From positions 2,334,413-2,398,412 of the forward strand of contig OZ241332.1 of assembly GCA_965200125.1 (NCBI GenBank): a DNA stretch of 64,000 nt. Reading direction: 5' to 3'. Position numbers and translations under genes: made by a program. The notes below the pieces were generated by a model. That model was not told the DNA's origin. It did not search any database and was given only the letters and a program-made list of their open reading frames with translations. Shown here piece by piece: positions 24,824 through 34,689 of the stretch (the stretch's first letter is position 1; every line of letters starts with the position of its first letter). This stretch comes from an uncultured Candidatus Binatia bacterium (GTDB lineage Bacteria > Desulfobacterota > Binatia > Bin18).

Positions 24824-27400
24824 TCAGAACGATTCGGACAGGTGCGCCTGCACGTGGCGCTGATATATCTTGGGCAGTTCCAACGGCAGGGACGGGATGT
24901 CATCCAGAACCATGTAGCGCGACGGGGCGCACATCTCACGCAGATAGTCGTGGCCGCTCTTATCGACCGTGAGGCAGAACGACAGGATGTGGTCGTGCTC
25001 GGCCTCGCGCAGCGCCATCATGGTGTCGCGTAGCCCGTACGTGGGGGCGTTGCCGTCGCGGCCGTAGTCGGCGTCTTCGGGGTAGCCGTCGCTCAGCAGC
25101 ACGAGCAGCTTGGCGCGGCTCGCCACGTCCTTGAGTTTGCGCGTGGCGTGTCGGACCGCGGCGCCCATGCGCGTGCTGTGCTTGGGTGCCAGACTGCCGA
25201 TGCGGCCCTTGACCTCGTCGGAGAGTTTCTCGGCGAACGCCTTGACCGGATACGCCTCGACGTTGTGGCGCCCGGCGCTGGAAAAGCCGTAGATCGCGTA
25301 CGCGTCGCCGATCTCTTCCAGGGCCGCGGACAGGACGACGACCGCTTCCTTGAGCACGTCGATCACGCGCAAGTCACGCCCGTTTCCTCCGCCGAGGTGC
25401 TCCCCCGAGAGACGGGACGTGTCTTTGTCGATGCGTTCGTCCGTGGACGCGCTCAGGTCCAGCAGAAACAGCGCAGCCACGTCGCGCTCCAAGGGTTGCC
25501 GGGCGGCGTACAGCCGCGTGGCCGGTGCCACCCCGGTTCGCATGTCCACGCGCGCACCGACCGCGGCGTCCAGGTCGATCACCTCCCCGTCTTCGAGTCC
25601 CTTGACCAGCCGGTACATCCTGGGCCGGAGTTGCTGGAACTCGCGCTTGATGCGGGGAATCACCTGCTCGTAGCGCGCCAGCGTCTGCTCGAAGAAACCG
25701 CCCCGGTCGCCCTCCAGTCGCGTCTCGAACAGCTCGCACCAGCGGGCGCGATAGTCCTCGATCAGAAAATCCCACTCGTCGTACACGTAGCGCACGCCCA
25801 CCGCGGACCCGCGGCGCCGGAGTTGTTCCTTCTTGCGCTGCTTTTGCTCGGCCAAGTCCTCCTCGTCTTCCTCCCCGGCGTCGATCGGAATGCCGTGCAG
25901 CGACGTCGGGCGGAGATTCTTCACCTTCTTCTTGGTCGTGCCCGCGCGCAACACACCAGCCAGCCGCGCAGCCAAGGCCTCTTCCTGTGGCGTCAGCGTC
26001 GCGTCCACCTGTTGGGCCATGGGATCGGTGGACAGGTCGGTCTGCATTCCCATGCCGTCCTTCGGCCCGGCGAGACCAGGGACGGCCTCGTACAACTCGC
26101 AGGCGAGTAGCAGCGAGTCTTCGACCGTCGCCTCCGTTTCCCAGCCCGGAACGAGCGCGGCGTCGAAAAAGTCGAGCACGGACCGGAGGAAGCGCGGCAA
26201 CAGGTGCGTCGCCGATGCGGCCCAGGTCAGGTCGGAGCGCAAACCCGGATAGGCGTTCGCCAAGCGTGCGGAGACACGCCGCGCCTCGACGAACAGGAAC
26301 AGCGCTTCGATCCGCCGGGGCCGCGGGAATAACGCATACAGGGCGTCCAGAGTGCGGGGTATGGAGTCCGAAGGCGTACGGCCGCGAACCGCCGCGGGCA
26401 GCCGCGGCCATACCGAATCCAACGACAGCGTGTAGGTCCCGAATTCGATCCGTCCGGCCTGGTGCGCGGCCAGGATACACAGCAGCCGGAAGTTTTCCTC
26501 GAACGTCGGAAATTCATCGACGACCGCGGGCAGCGGCAGAAATTCGTCCTCGTCATCGACGACCGCGAGCGGCGGCGGAAACGACAGGTGCTCCAATTCC
26601 TGGATGCTGACCGCCTCGCCGCACAGCATGTGCATGTATTTGACCAGCGCGCTGTGCACTTCGGACAGACGGGCCGCGGGCGATTCGTGCTGCAAGACCT
26701 GGAAGCTGGTCCGCGACTCCAAAGTGAAGAACGCCTCCCCGGCTTGCGGGTTGCGTTGTGCGATCTCTTCCCCGGTCTGAATCCAGGTCAACACCCCGTC
26801 GGCGCCGACTTGCTCGTACGCGCGCGACAGCGTGCGGAACAGCCGCGCGATGCCCGCAGGAAAGATCGAGGCGAGTCCCGCGATGCGCTCCAGCACGGAC
26901 AGCCGGGTGTCCGGGGCCAGCGCGTTCAGCGTGGGTGCGAGAAACGGAATGACGGACGGCAGCGGGTCCGGGTCGAACGCGGCTACGGGTTGCAGGCAAC
27001 GCAACAGCACCGGACGCAGCGACGGAGCAATCTCGACCAGGCTGCGAGGCAGGGCGCGATAGATACCCGCGGCCGCGGTCCGCGAGTGGTACACGGCCGA
27101 CCGGCCCAGGCGGTACACGCCGATCCGTTCGCTTCGGTCCAAGCCGACGAATCTATCCGGAAAGCGCGCGAAGTCGGTTTCCCCATCGACCGACTCGATG
27201 TCGAGTACGAACCGTACCCACTCGCCCATCTCCGCCCGACCCAGCACCGGCAGCAGGTTCGCGCTGGCGGCGAACATGGTGGACGACAGGCGTTCTCCGC
27301 GCGGGCCGAGCGTTTCACGTATCCGCCTGCCCTGCTCGGCCCAATCCTGTAGGCGCTCTTCGTCGAGCCAGTCCTGTACGACGTGCGGGGCGACGCGCAA
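24824..27400 (-). CDS. CbbO/NorD-type protein with a C-terminal von Willebrand factor A domain.
   Basis: YVYDEWDFLIEDYRARWCELFE .. ERDVAALFLLDLSASTDE carries the MIDAS DxSxS motif, followed by AIYGFSS .. LLVLLSDGYPED. The 858-aa length fits CbbO-like proteins. The start is uncertain: the track uses TTG 27400, and the frame stays open upstream (..LNALPTDSRERLEAALAGLTGEQRARLLDGL) without an ATG, GTG or TTG. Confidence 0.8.
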   Translation of the reverse strand: MRVAPHVVQDWLDEERLQDWAEQGRRIRETLGPRGERLSSTMFAASANLLPVLGRAEMGEWVRFVLDIESVDGETDFARFPDRFVGLDRSERIGVYRLGRSAVYHSRTAAAGIYRALPRSLVEIAPSLRPVLLRCLQPVAAFDPDPLPSVIPFLAPTLNALAPDTRLSVLERIAGLASIFPAGIARLFRTLSRAYEQVGADGVLTWIQTGEEIAQRNPQAGEAFFTLESRTSFQVLQHESPAARLSEVHSALVKYMHMLCGEAVSIQELEHLSFPPPLAVVDDEDEFLPLPAVVDEFPTFEENFRLLCILAAHQAGRIEFGTYTLSLDSVWPRLPAAVRGRTPSDSIPRTLDALYALFPRPRRIEALFLFVEARRVSARLANAYPGLRSDLTWAASATHLLPRFLRSVLDFFDAALVPGWETEATVEDSLLLACELYEAVPGLAGPKDGMGMQTDLSTDPMAQQVDATLTPQEEALAARLAGVLRAGTTKKKVKNLRPTSLHGIPIDAGEEDEEDLAEQKQRKKEQLRRRGSAVGVRYVYDEWDFLIEDYRARWCELFETRLEGDRGGFFEQTLARYEQVIPRIKREFQQLRPRMYRLVKGLEDGEVIDLDAAVGARVDMRTGVAPATRLYAARQPLERDVAALFLLDLSASTDERIDKDTSRLSGEHLGGGNGRDLRVIDVLKEAVVVLSAALEEIGDAYAIYGFSSAGRHNVEAYPVKAFAEKLSDEVKGRIGSLAPKHSTRMGAAVRHATRKLKDVASRAKLLVLLSDGYPEDADYGRDGNAPTYGLRDTMMALREAEHDHILSFCLTVDKSGHDYLREMCAPSRYMVLDDIPSLPLELPKIYQRHVQAHLSESF

Positions 27401-27489
27401 GAGGCCGTCGAGCAGCCGCGCCCGCTGCTCCCCCGTCAGACCCGCGAGCGCGGCTTCCAGCCGTTCACGGCTGTCGGTCGGCAGCGCGT

Positions 27490-27990
27490 TCAGGCCGCAC
27501 TCCGCATCTGCTTCAGCATGTCGCGGATGCTGCGGTCCTCGCCGGCGAAGTCGAGCTTGTCCAGGCCGAGATAGGCGTTGGGCATACTCGCGAACTCCTG
27601 GATCGGGTTGTCGCTGTACACCTCGAGCTCGTGGCCGTCCGGGTCGCTGAAATAGACGCTCTTGCTGATGCCGTGGTTCACGGTGAAGCGCACGGGCACC
27701 TGTTTGGCCTTGAGTTCGCGGTACGCGGCTTCGAGATCGGCCTCGCTACGCAGCCGGAACGCGACGTGGGCCAGGCCGACCTGCCTGGATTTCGGAGACT
27801 CGGCGTCCGCGCCGACCTCGAACAGTGCGATCTCGTGGTGGTCGCGGGCGTGGTTGGCCAGAAAGACGGCCCGAATTTCGGGCACGTCCTTCATCACCTG
27901 CATCCCCAGCACTTCGGTGTAGAACGTCCGCGAGCGGTCCAGGTCGCGCACCTTGAGCACGACGTGTCCCAGGCGTTCGGGGCGAATCAT
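27490..27990 (-). CDS. VOC-family (glyoxalase/extradiol dioxygenase fold) protein.
   Basis: LGHVVLKVRDLDRSRTFYTEVLGM .. HHEIALF .. HVAFR .. YFSDPDGHELEVY. Confidence 0.8.
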   Translation of the reverse strand: MIRPERLGHVVLKVRDLDRSRTFYTEVLGMQVMKDVPEIRAVFLANHARDHHEIALFEVGADAESPKSRQVGLAHVAFRLRSEADLEAAYRELKAKQVPVRFTVNHGISKSVYFSDPDGHELEVYSDNPIQEFASMPNAYLGLDKLDFAGEDRSIRDMLKQMRSAA

Positions 27991-28039
27991 GGGTTACCTC
28001 CTTTATCGTGTGACGCGCCCCCCCATATCGCACACCGCG

Positions 28040-28366
28040 TTACGTCCGGGTAGCCGTGATGCGCTTGATGTCGAACCCGTCGACCACGCTCGGCTGGCCG
28101 AACTGCTCGACCGCGGGGGCGACCTCGGCCAGCGACAGCGTCAGGTAGAACAGCAGACGGGCATCGTCGGGAAGCGCGTCAACGGAGAATTGCTGGAGGT
28201 AGCCGAGTGCCTCGTCGCCCCGCGCGAGCATGGCGCCGTAGAACGCGCGGATCTCCGCAAAGGTGCTCGCCTGGCGTTTGTTACTCCGTTCGGTTTCGGT
28301 CGGCAGCGCCCACGCCAGCCACGGCTCCAGGTCTCGAAAGTGCTCCGGCAGGCGCGCGTCAGGCAT
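28040..28366 (-). CDS. Hypothetical 108-aa protein with an 8-nt overlap with the Rieske gene stop.
   Basis: An ORF with host-like composition that is operonic by position. I recognise no family. Confidence 0.5.
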   Translation of the reverse strand: MPDARLPEHFRDLEPWLAWALPTETERSNKRQASTFAEIRAFYGAMLARGDEALGYLQQFSVDALPDDARLLFYLTLSLAEVAPAVEQFGQPSVVDGFDIKRITATRT

Positions 28367-29657
28367 GGACGGACGCCTCCTGCCCGTTCGCTCCGAGCGC
28401 GACTTCGACCGGCTGGCCGTTGAGCATCCGGTCGATCACGTGGTGGCTGTGCCGGATCAGGATTTCCTCGTCGTGCAGATAGAAGTCCTGCTTCGCGCCC
28501 GAGGAGAGCACGGACTGGGTCTCCTCGAACGTCCGCCCGTCTTCGAGGATGATGTCGCGGAAGATGACGTTACCGTATTCCTGGCTGAAGCGCTGGCCGG
28601 CCGTCGTGGCGCGCGGAAAATACTGGGTGGACGTCCACCGCGTGCGGTCCACGCCGAGCGGAATGAACTGGTGCGTGAAGTACGACCCCTGCGACACGTC
28701 CACGAAGAAGGCGGGGAAGATCACGTTCAGGTCGAGCGACCACGCCTTGCTGCGCAGCGGGTTGACGCCCGGGGGCAGGCCGTCCGTCGAAAAGTCCTTC
28801 CGAATGACGATCTCGCCGTGCTTGCCCGCCAGCGTCGCCACCGGGCTGGGCCGGTAATCGGCGCTGCCGTACAGCGACGCGCGTCCGTGGCGCGGAAACA
28901 GCTTCATGTCGAGCACGTGGGCGTAGGGGTTCTCCTTGCTGGTGAACGAATCGGGAATCGACCGCTTGTGCAGGAAGGCCACATGATACACCTCCTGAAA
29001 CGCGTCTTTGACCACCTTCCAGTTGGCGTTCACCTCGGTGGACCACGCCGTGCCGCTGGCCGAGAATTCGTCGAACGGATAGCCGTCCAGTTCGGTCGCC
29101 AAGTCGCCCAGGTATTCCGCCAGCGTCTCCTGGGGATGCGGGTCCACGTTGACGAAGATGAAGCCCTGCCAGACGTCGACGGCGACCGGCGTCATGCCGA
29201 GCCGCGCTTTCGGCAGGTCGGAGAAGCGTTCTTCGTCCGGCACGAATTTGAGCGCGCCGTCCAGGCCGTAGGTCCAGCCGTGGAAGCGGCACGTGAAGTT
29301 CTGGCAGGAGCCGCCCTTGTCCCAGGCGATCTTGTTGCCGCGGTGGGAACAGACGTTGTGGAACGCGCGGATGGCACCGTCCTTGCCGCGCACGACGAGG
29401 ATCGACGTGTCGCAGACGGGCAGGTCCTCGACGAAATAATCGCCCGGGTCGGGAATGCGCTCGACGCGCCCGACGTTGATCCAGACTTTCTTGAAGATGC
29501 GTTCGCGCTCCAGGGCGTACTGCTCCTCGGAGATGAAGACGTCCGCGGGGAGCGGCCCCGTTCCCAGATGGGGGTATTGTTGGTGCCAACGGTAGCCGTT
29601 GCCGGCACCGTTCGCCGCGCCGTTACCGTTCGTCGATCGAGATTCCGAGTGCCTCAT
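28359..29657 (-). CDS. Rieske [2Fe-2S] non-heme-iron oxygenase, alpha-type subunit, with no adjacent beta subunit.
   Basis: CSHRGNKIAWDKGGSCQNFTCRFHGWTY gives the C-x-H-x17-C-x2-H Rieske motif. The C-terminal catalytic domain contains FQEVYHVAFLH. Confidence 0.9.
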   Translation of the reverse strand: MRHSESRSTNGNGAANGAGNGYRWHQQYPHLGTGPLPADVFISEEQYALERERIFKKVWINVGRVERIPDPGDYFVEDLPVCDTSILVVRGKDGAIRAFHNVCSHRGNKIAWDKGGSCQNFTCRFHGWTYGLDGALKFVPDEERFSDLPKARLGMTPVAVDVWQGFIFVNVDPHPQETLAEYLGDLATELDGYPFDEFSASGTAWSTEVNANWKVVKDAFQEVYHVAFLHKRSIPDSFTSKENPYAHVLDMKLFPRHGRASLYGSADYRPSPVATLAGKHGEIVIRKDFSTDGLPPGVNPLRSKAWSLDLNVIFPAFFVDVSQGSYFTHQFIPLGVDRTRWTSTQYFPRATTAGQRFSQEYGNVIFRDIILEDGRTFEETQSVLSSGAKQDFYLHDEEILIRHSHHVIDRMLNGQPVEVALGANGQEASVHA

Positions 29658-29803
29658 CGGGCCTCCTCCCTTCTTCTGTCATCGCTTTTCATCGCTCCAT
29701 GAGCGTCGTAACGCATACCGCCCTCCGGTCTGCCGTCGAGGGTGCAACGGCTCGCGGTGGGCGTGGGGGTGGTTCGATCTCCGTTCCCGAAGAGATTCCA
29801 CTT

Positions 29804-30562
29804 TCAACACCGGGCCGTCTCGTCGTCGCCCCGCAGCGACCGGAAAGCCAGCAATGCAGCGGCCGCGGATAACAGGATGGACAGCGCCAACGCGACGACC
29901 GACGCGGAAGCGGCAGTGCGCGATTGCCGGTCGTATCGTGCGATTTCCGCACCCGCGGTTTCGTCGATGCTGGCGAGGACGCTGGCCAGCGGGCGCATGA
30001 TGTCCGCCTTGCGGTCATGATAGGCTGCGCCGTGCAGGATGCTGCGGGCGCGTTCCAGGTCGGCATCGGACACGGCCTGCATCGCCTCGGCTTCCAGTTC
30101 GGCCAGCGCGTTGGAGTTGGTTTCCGATTCCTGTAGCAACGCCATTTGTTTGGTGGAGAAGCCTGCCCGTTCCAGCAAGGTGTCCAGCGACACGGCTTCC
30201 CCGCCGGCGGTGGGCCGTTCGCCGGTCGCGACTACCACGTCCCAGTAGATTCCCTGATAGTCGGCCGGACGCGGCGCCTGTCCGTTCCGGATGTCCAATA
30301 TCTCCTGAAAATAGCGACGATACCGATCATCGCCGGTCACCGAGTACAACCTAGCCATACGGGTGAGGTCGTCGGAGGTCTGCCGCAGCCCGTCGGTGAG
30401 CCGGTATTCCCGATACCGAACGGATTCCCGCGCGGGAATCTTTTTCTGTATGCCGACAGTGATGAAGACCAGCGCCAGCGATAGCGTCGCCAGCAGCGCT
30501 GCGCCCACGACCAGGGAGACGATAGTGAGTCGGGTTGTGCCGGGATTCGTCATGTCGTCCAT
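29804..30562 (-). CDS. Two-TM periplasmic sensor-like domain protein (CHASE3-like) lacking any cytoplasmic output domain.
   Basis: TM1 is LTIVSLVVGAALLATLSLALVFI. A periplasmic region of about 170 aa includes ARLYSVTGDDRYRRYFQEILDIRNGQAPRPADYQGIYWD. TM2 is VVALALSILLSAAAALLAF, followed by only 12 residues before the stop. The domain name is tentative. Confidence 0.55.
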   Translation of the reverse strand: MDDMTNPGTTRLTIVSLVVGAALLATLSLALVFITVGIQKKIPARESVRYREYRLTDGLRQTSDDLTRMARLYSVTGDDRYRRYFQEILDIRNGQAPRPADYQGIYWDVVVATGERPTAGGEAVSLDTLLERAGFSTKQMALLQESETNSNALAELEAEAMQAVSDADLERARSILHGAAYHDRKADIMRPLASVLASIDETAGAEIARYDRQSRTAASASVVALALSILLSAAAALLAFRSLRGDDETARC

Positions 30563-30819
30563 TCCCGGTCAGGCGCGGGCCGCATGGCCGAAAGCAGCGG
30601 TTCTTTGGACGTGCTGGAGAATCATGTGTTCGATGACGTGCCGGGGTGTCTGGCGGCCCGTCTGCGGAGCGGATGGGCTGTATCTCCATCTGGAGGGTCG
30701 AGCCAGCTCCCGGCGTTACGAGTGCAAGGTTTCAACCACGTTCCCATTTTCCGGTCAAGGCCGACGGTTGGTTGTTCGCCATTCCGCGAACCGATAGCGT
30801 CGCTTCTCCTTTTCCCGTC

Positions 30820-32064
30820 ATGTCCACCGTGCCGCAGACTTCGGCCACCACTGAAGTTCCGGATGCCCGGGCAGCCGGTTCGCCTACGGTTCTGTGCGCA
30901 ACGGTCGCGTGTACGGTGTTCGTCACGCTGACCGCGACGGCCATGCTCGGTCCGTTGCTGGTGGTCATGGCCGACGAATGGCGCACGACGGTGCCGGTCG
31001 TCGCCCAGCTGGCGACCGCGGCGGCGACGGCGTGGGCCGTGGCCGCGTTGCTGGCCGGGCCGGTTTCCGACGCGTACGGACGGCGGCCCGTGCTGGTGGC
31101 TGGCGCGCTCCTGATCGCCGCGGCGTCCATCGGCACCGCGCTCGCTCCCGACGTGGCGAGCGCCGCGGGGTTCCGCATCCTGGCCGGGCTGGGCGGCGGG
31201 ATGCTGCTGCCCACCGGTGTCGCGCTCATCGGCGACGTCATGCCGGCCGAACGCCGCGCAACGGGCGTCGCCGTGGTGACGACCCAGCCGGGCTTGAGCA
31301 GTATGGTCGGCGTGCCGCTGGTGACACTGGCAGCAGCGGCCGCGGGTTGGCGGGCCGCGTTCGCCGTCGTGGGCGCGGTTATGCTGGCGTGCGGTCTGGC
31401 CTTGTGGCGATGGACCCCGCGCTCGACCGGACCTCGCACGCGGCTGGTGCTCGGCGCCCGCCTCGTCCGCGCCTGCCGCCCCTCTTTCGCCTGGTTCCTC
31501 GTCGCGACCAATTTCGCTGCCCGGGCCATGTACGGCTTGGTCGTGATCTTCTTTCCGCCGTTCCTGCAAGAGGTCCACGGGATCGGCACCGCGGAATTGG
31601 CGCTGCCCGTCTCCATTGTCGCGGTCGGCACGACGGGCGGGCTGTATCTGGGCGGCCGCATCGGAAAAAGTCCGCGCCGACTTTTCATGGCAGAAGCGGC
31701 AACCCTCGCCGCGGCCCTGCCCGGGCTCGCCGCTTTCACCCTGGATTCCTCCCTGTGGCCGACGGTCGCCGCGACCAGCCTGTTCATGGTGTTCGGCATG
31801 CCGCTCGCCACGCTCACCTACGTCGTCGGGACAGAGGTGGGTGGTCCGTTGCGCGGCACGCTGGCGGGTCTCCTGTCGGGCAGCGGCTATGCCAGCTACG
31901 CCATCGGCGCGGCCGTCGGCGGACTGGCGATTGCCCGGTTCGGCTACGCCGCGGCGTCGGCCGGTCTGCTCCTCGCCCTCCTCGCCAGCGGGCTACGCCT
32001 GCCCTTTCTCCTGCACGGTCGCACACTGGACCGGGCACGACAGTCGTACGCGCGAGTCGGTTGA
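30820..32064 (+). CDS. MFS transporter.
   Basis: Internal ATG 30820. About 12 hydrophobic segments are present, and GPVSDAYGRRPVL is the MFS loop 2-3 motif. Confidence 0.85.
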   Translation: MSTVPQTSATTEVPDARAAGSPTVLCATVACTVFVTLTATAMLGPLLVVMADEWRTTVPVVAQLATAAATAWAVAALLAGPVSDAYGRRPVLVAGALLIAAASIGTALAPDVASAAGFRILAGLGGGMLLPTGVALIGDVMPAERRATGVAVVTTQPGLSSMVGVPLVTLAAAAAGWRAAFAVVGAVMLACGLALWRWTPRSTGPRTRLVLGARLVRACRPSFAWFLVATNFAARAMYGLVVIFFPPFLQEVHGIGTAELALPVSIVAVGTTGGLYLGGRIGKSPRRLFMAEAATLAAALPGLAAFTLDSSLWPTVAATSLFMVFGMPLATLTYVVGTEVGGPLRGTLAGLLSGSGYASYAIGAAVGGLAIARFGYAAASAGLLLALLASGLRLPFLLHGRTLDRARQSYARVG

Positions 32065-32261
32065 TGTGTCCGAATCTTCCAAGTCCGAAATTCTCAGGCC
32101 GATTCAATGCGGCGGTTCGGACCCTCTCCCCGAGGGAGAGGGGATAGAACGTCCTGACTGTCTTTTCGTGCGTGGCCCTGCTATCTGTCTGCATCCGTCG
32201 AAGCGCGGCTCCAAGTAAAGAACACCGTCTGTCGGAGGCTGTCGCGCTCAGGAGAGCTCGT

Positions 32262-33698
32262 ATGAAGAAACGCATCTACTTCAATGCCTTCCACATGAAT
32301 TGCGTGGTCCATCAGTCGCCCGGCCTGTGGGTGCGCGACGACGACCACATGACCGACTACACCGACCTCGACGGTTGGGTCGAACTCGCCAAGCTGCTGG
32401 AACGCGGCAAGTTCGACGCGATCTTTCTGGCCGACGTGCTCGGAGTGTACGACGTGTTCCGCGGCAATCGGGACGCCGCGGTGAAGACGGCCACGCAGGT
32501 GCCGGTCAACGATCCGATGCTGCTCATTCCGGCCATGGCCTATGCTACGCAGCATCTCGGGTTCGGCTTCACCAGTTCGACGCTGCAAAACCATCCGTTC
32601 ACGTTCGCGCGCCTCGTATCGACGCTCGACCATCTCACCAAGGGCCGCGTCGCCTGGAACATCGTGACCTCGTATCTCGAAAGCGCGGGCCGCAACTACG
32701 GCCAAGCCGGCTTGGCCGAACACGACCGGCGCTACGAGATCGCGGATGAGTATTGTGACGTGTGCTACAAGTTGTGGGAATCGAGTTGGGAGGACGCCGC
32801 GGTGCTCAAAGACACCGTGGCCGGCGTCTATGCCGACCCGGCCAAGGTGCACGACATCCATCACGACGGCCTGCACTACCGTGTCCACGGCTGCCATCTC
32901 GCCGAACCGTCTCCGCAGCGCACGCCCGTGCTGTTTCAGGCCGGCGCCTCGCCGCGCGGGCAGGCGTTCGCCGCCCGGCACGCCGAGTGCGTGTTCGTCA
33001 TCGGTGCCAAGCCCGACATCGACGGCCAGTACGTGCGCAGTATCCGCGCCCTGGCGCACCGGGAGGGACGTCGGCCAGAGGACGTGCTCTGTTTTGCGTA
33101 TATGAAGGTCGTCACGGGCGAGACCGAGGCCGCGGCCAAGCGCAAATACGAAGAGTATTTCGAGCAGTGCAGCTACGACGGCGGGCTGGCGCTGTTGAGC
33201 GGCTGGAGCGGCATCGACTTCGGTCAGTACGCGCCCGACCAGCCGCTCGAATACATCGAGACCAACGCCATCCGCACCATGGTCCACAGCTTCACCGAAG
33301 CCGACCCGAAGCGGAAGTGGACGCTGCGCGACTTGGCCCGCTACGCCGGCATCGGCGGGGCCGGGCCGGTTCTGGTCGGCACGCCGGAGAGCATCGCCGA
33401 CCAGTTCGAGGACTGGATCGACGCGGGGGTGGACGGCTTCAACCTCGCCTATGCCACGACGCCGGGCTCATTCGAAGAATTCATCGACGGCGTGGTTCCC
33501 GTCCTTCAGAAACGCGGGCGTATGCAAAAGGAGTATCGTGAAGGCACGCTGCGCGAAAAGCTGTTCGGCCGCGGGCCGCGCGCCCTGTTGCCGCATCCGG
33601 CTGCGGGCCACCGTCAATCACTGCTCAGAACGCAACAGGGGGCGAGTTCCGTGCCGGCCAGCGTGCCCAAACCCGCGGAAGCTCCGGTCTCCGAATAA
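32262..33698 (+). CDS. LLM-class flavin-dependent monooxygenase, NtaA/SnaA/DszA family.
   Basis: ATG 32262 follows aggagag. MKKRIYFNAFHMNCVVHQSPGLW.., FLADVLGVYD and GRVAWNIVTSY are present. Confidence 0.85.
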   Translation: MKKRIYFNAFHMNCVVHQSPGLWVRDDDHMTDYTDLDGWVELAKLLERGKFDAIFLADVLGVYDVFRGNRDAAVKTATQVPVNDPMLLIPAMAYATQHLGFGFTSSTLQNHPFTFARLVSTLDHLTKGRVAWNIVTSYLESAGRNYGQAGLAEHDRRYEIADEYCDVCYKLWESSWEDAAVLKDTVAGVYADPAKVHDIHHDGLHYRVHGCHLAEPSPQRTPVLFQAGASPRGQAFAARHAECVFVIGAKPDIDGQYVRSIRALAHREGRRPEDVLCFAYMKVVTGETEAAAKRKYEEYFEQCSYDGGLALLSGWSGIDFGQYAPDQPLEYIETNAIRTMVHSFTEADPKRKWTLRDLARYAGIGGAGPVLVGTPESIADQFEDWIDAGVDGFNLAYATTPGSFEEFIDGVVPVLQKRGRMQKEYREGTLREKLFGRGPRALLPHPAAGHRQSLLRTQQGASSVPASVPKPAEAPVSE

Positions 33699-33728
33699 TC
33701 CCGAGCCGACAGGCGTATCGGTCCGGGA

Positions 33729-34178
33729 TCAGGCGGGGCCGGCCAGCGCCGGCTCGTCGGCAAAGTCCCAGACTCGCAATGTGCCCGGGGTCATGCGCAG
33801 GAGGACGAGTTCGACCGAACTCAGAGACGCGCAGAAGTTCTCCCCCTGCTCTGTACCCAGATAGCGCACTGCGATCCGCCGCATGGTGGCGTTCACAGTC
33901 TCCCGGTCCGCATGGACCATCCTTGCCTCGCAGCGGACCTCGATCCCCCGATACGGGGGCGCATCTTCCGCCAGGCAGATACTAACGTTCGGGTCCCGTT
34001 CGACGTGCCGGACTTTCACGTCGTCCCGAACGACGACGACGGTGAAGCCGCCGTCCGTCCACTCGTGCCAGACCGGCGACATGAGGATGGTGCCGTTCTT
34101 GAACCGGGTCGCCAACGTGGCGCAGCGGGGTTCGGCCAGAAAATCCCCCAGGTCTTCAGGACGGAGATTCCTTCGCAT
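33729..34178 (-). CDS. Pyridoxamine-5'-phosphate-oxidase-fold (PPOX class, possibly F420-dependent) protein.
   Basis: CATLATRFKNGTILMSPVWHEWTDGGF .. ICLAEDAPPYRGIEVRCEA. Confidence 0.65.
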   Translation of the reverse strand: MRRNLRPEDLGDFLAEPRCATLATRFKNGTILMSPVWHEWTDGGFTVVVVRDDVKVRHVERDPNVSICLAEDAPPYRGIEVRCEARMVHADRETVNATMRRIAVRYLGTEQGENFCASLSSVELVLLRMTPGTLRVWDFADEPALAGPA

Positions 34179-34689
34179 ACATCCTCCCGATGTCGTTCAA
34201 TTGGTTAGTAGTCTCGTTTCGGAATTTCCAGCGGCTTCGATGCTGCCGGGGGACCCTCTCCCCAACCCCTCCCGCCCTTCGACAGGCTCAGGGAACAGGG
34301 GGAGGGGGTTTGCTTTAGGAATGACAGACTCGAGTATCCTTGTACGTTCGTTCCCTCCCATGACGATGCGGAGGGGCGTAGAATTTTGCGCCCCTCTGCC
34401 CGACGAGTGGCACAAAGGCGTCTCAGGATCGTCAAGTCTGTCATTCCCTTGTCTTTCTAAGGATAGACGCAGGGGCGCGTGGACCATGTGTATTCCACGC
34501 CTTCATGCGACAGCGTGCCGGTCGGCGTGTCCAGGGCCGCGGCCTCTATTCGACGGAGCCCCGCGGCCGGAACGTCCGTAGGACTCGCGAGGTGTCCGTC
34601 GATCCAGACATCGACGACGAGGTCGGGTCCGCTGTCGGTTTCCATGAGCCCCGGGTTTCCCTACTCCGACAAGGCGGGCGCCGTTCCCG

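Noticed and set aside
34457-34645. 62-aa minus-strand ORF downstream of the GNAT gene (METDSGPDLVVDVWIDGHL..).
   Set aside because: I see no recognisable motif and no clear Shine-Dalgarno sequence. It lies next to repeat DNA. It may be real, but it cannot be supported from sequence alone.
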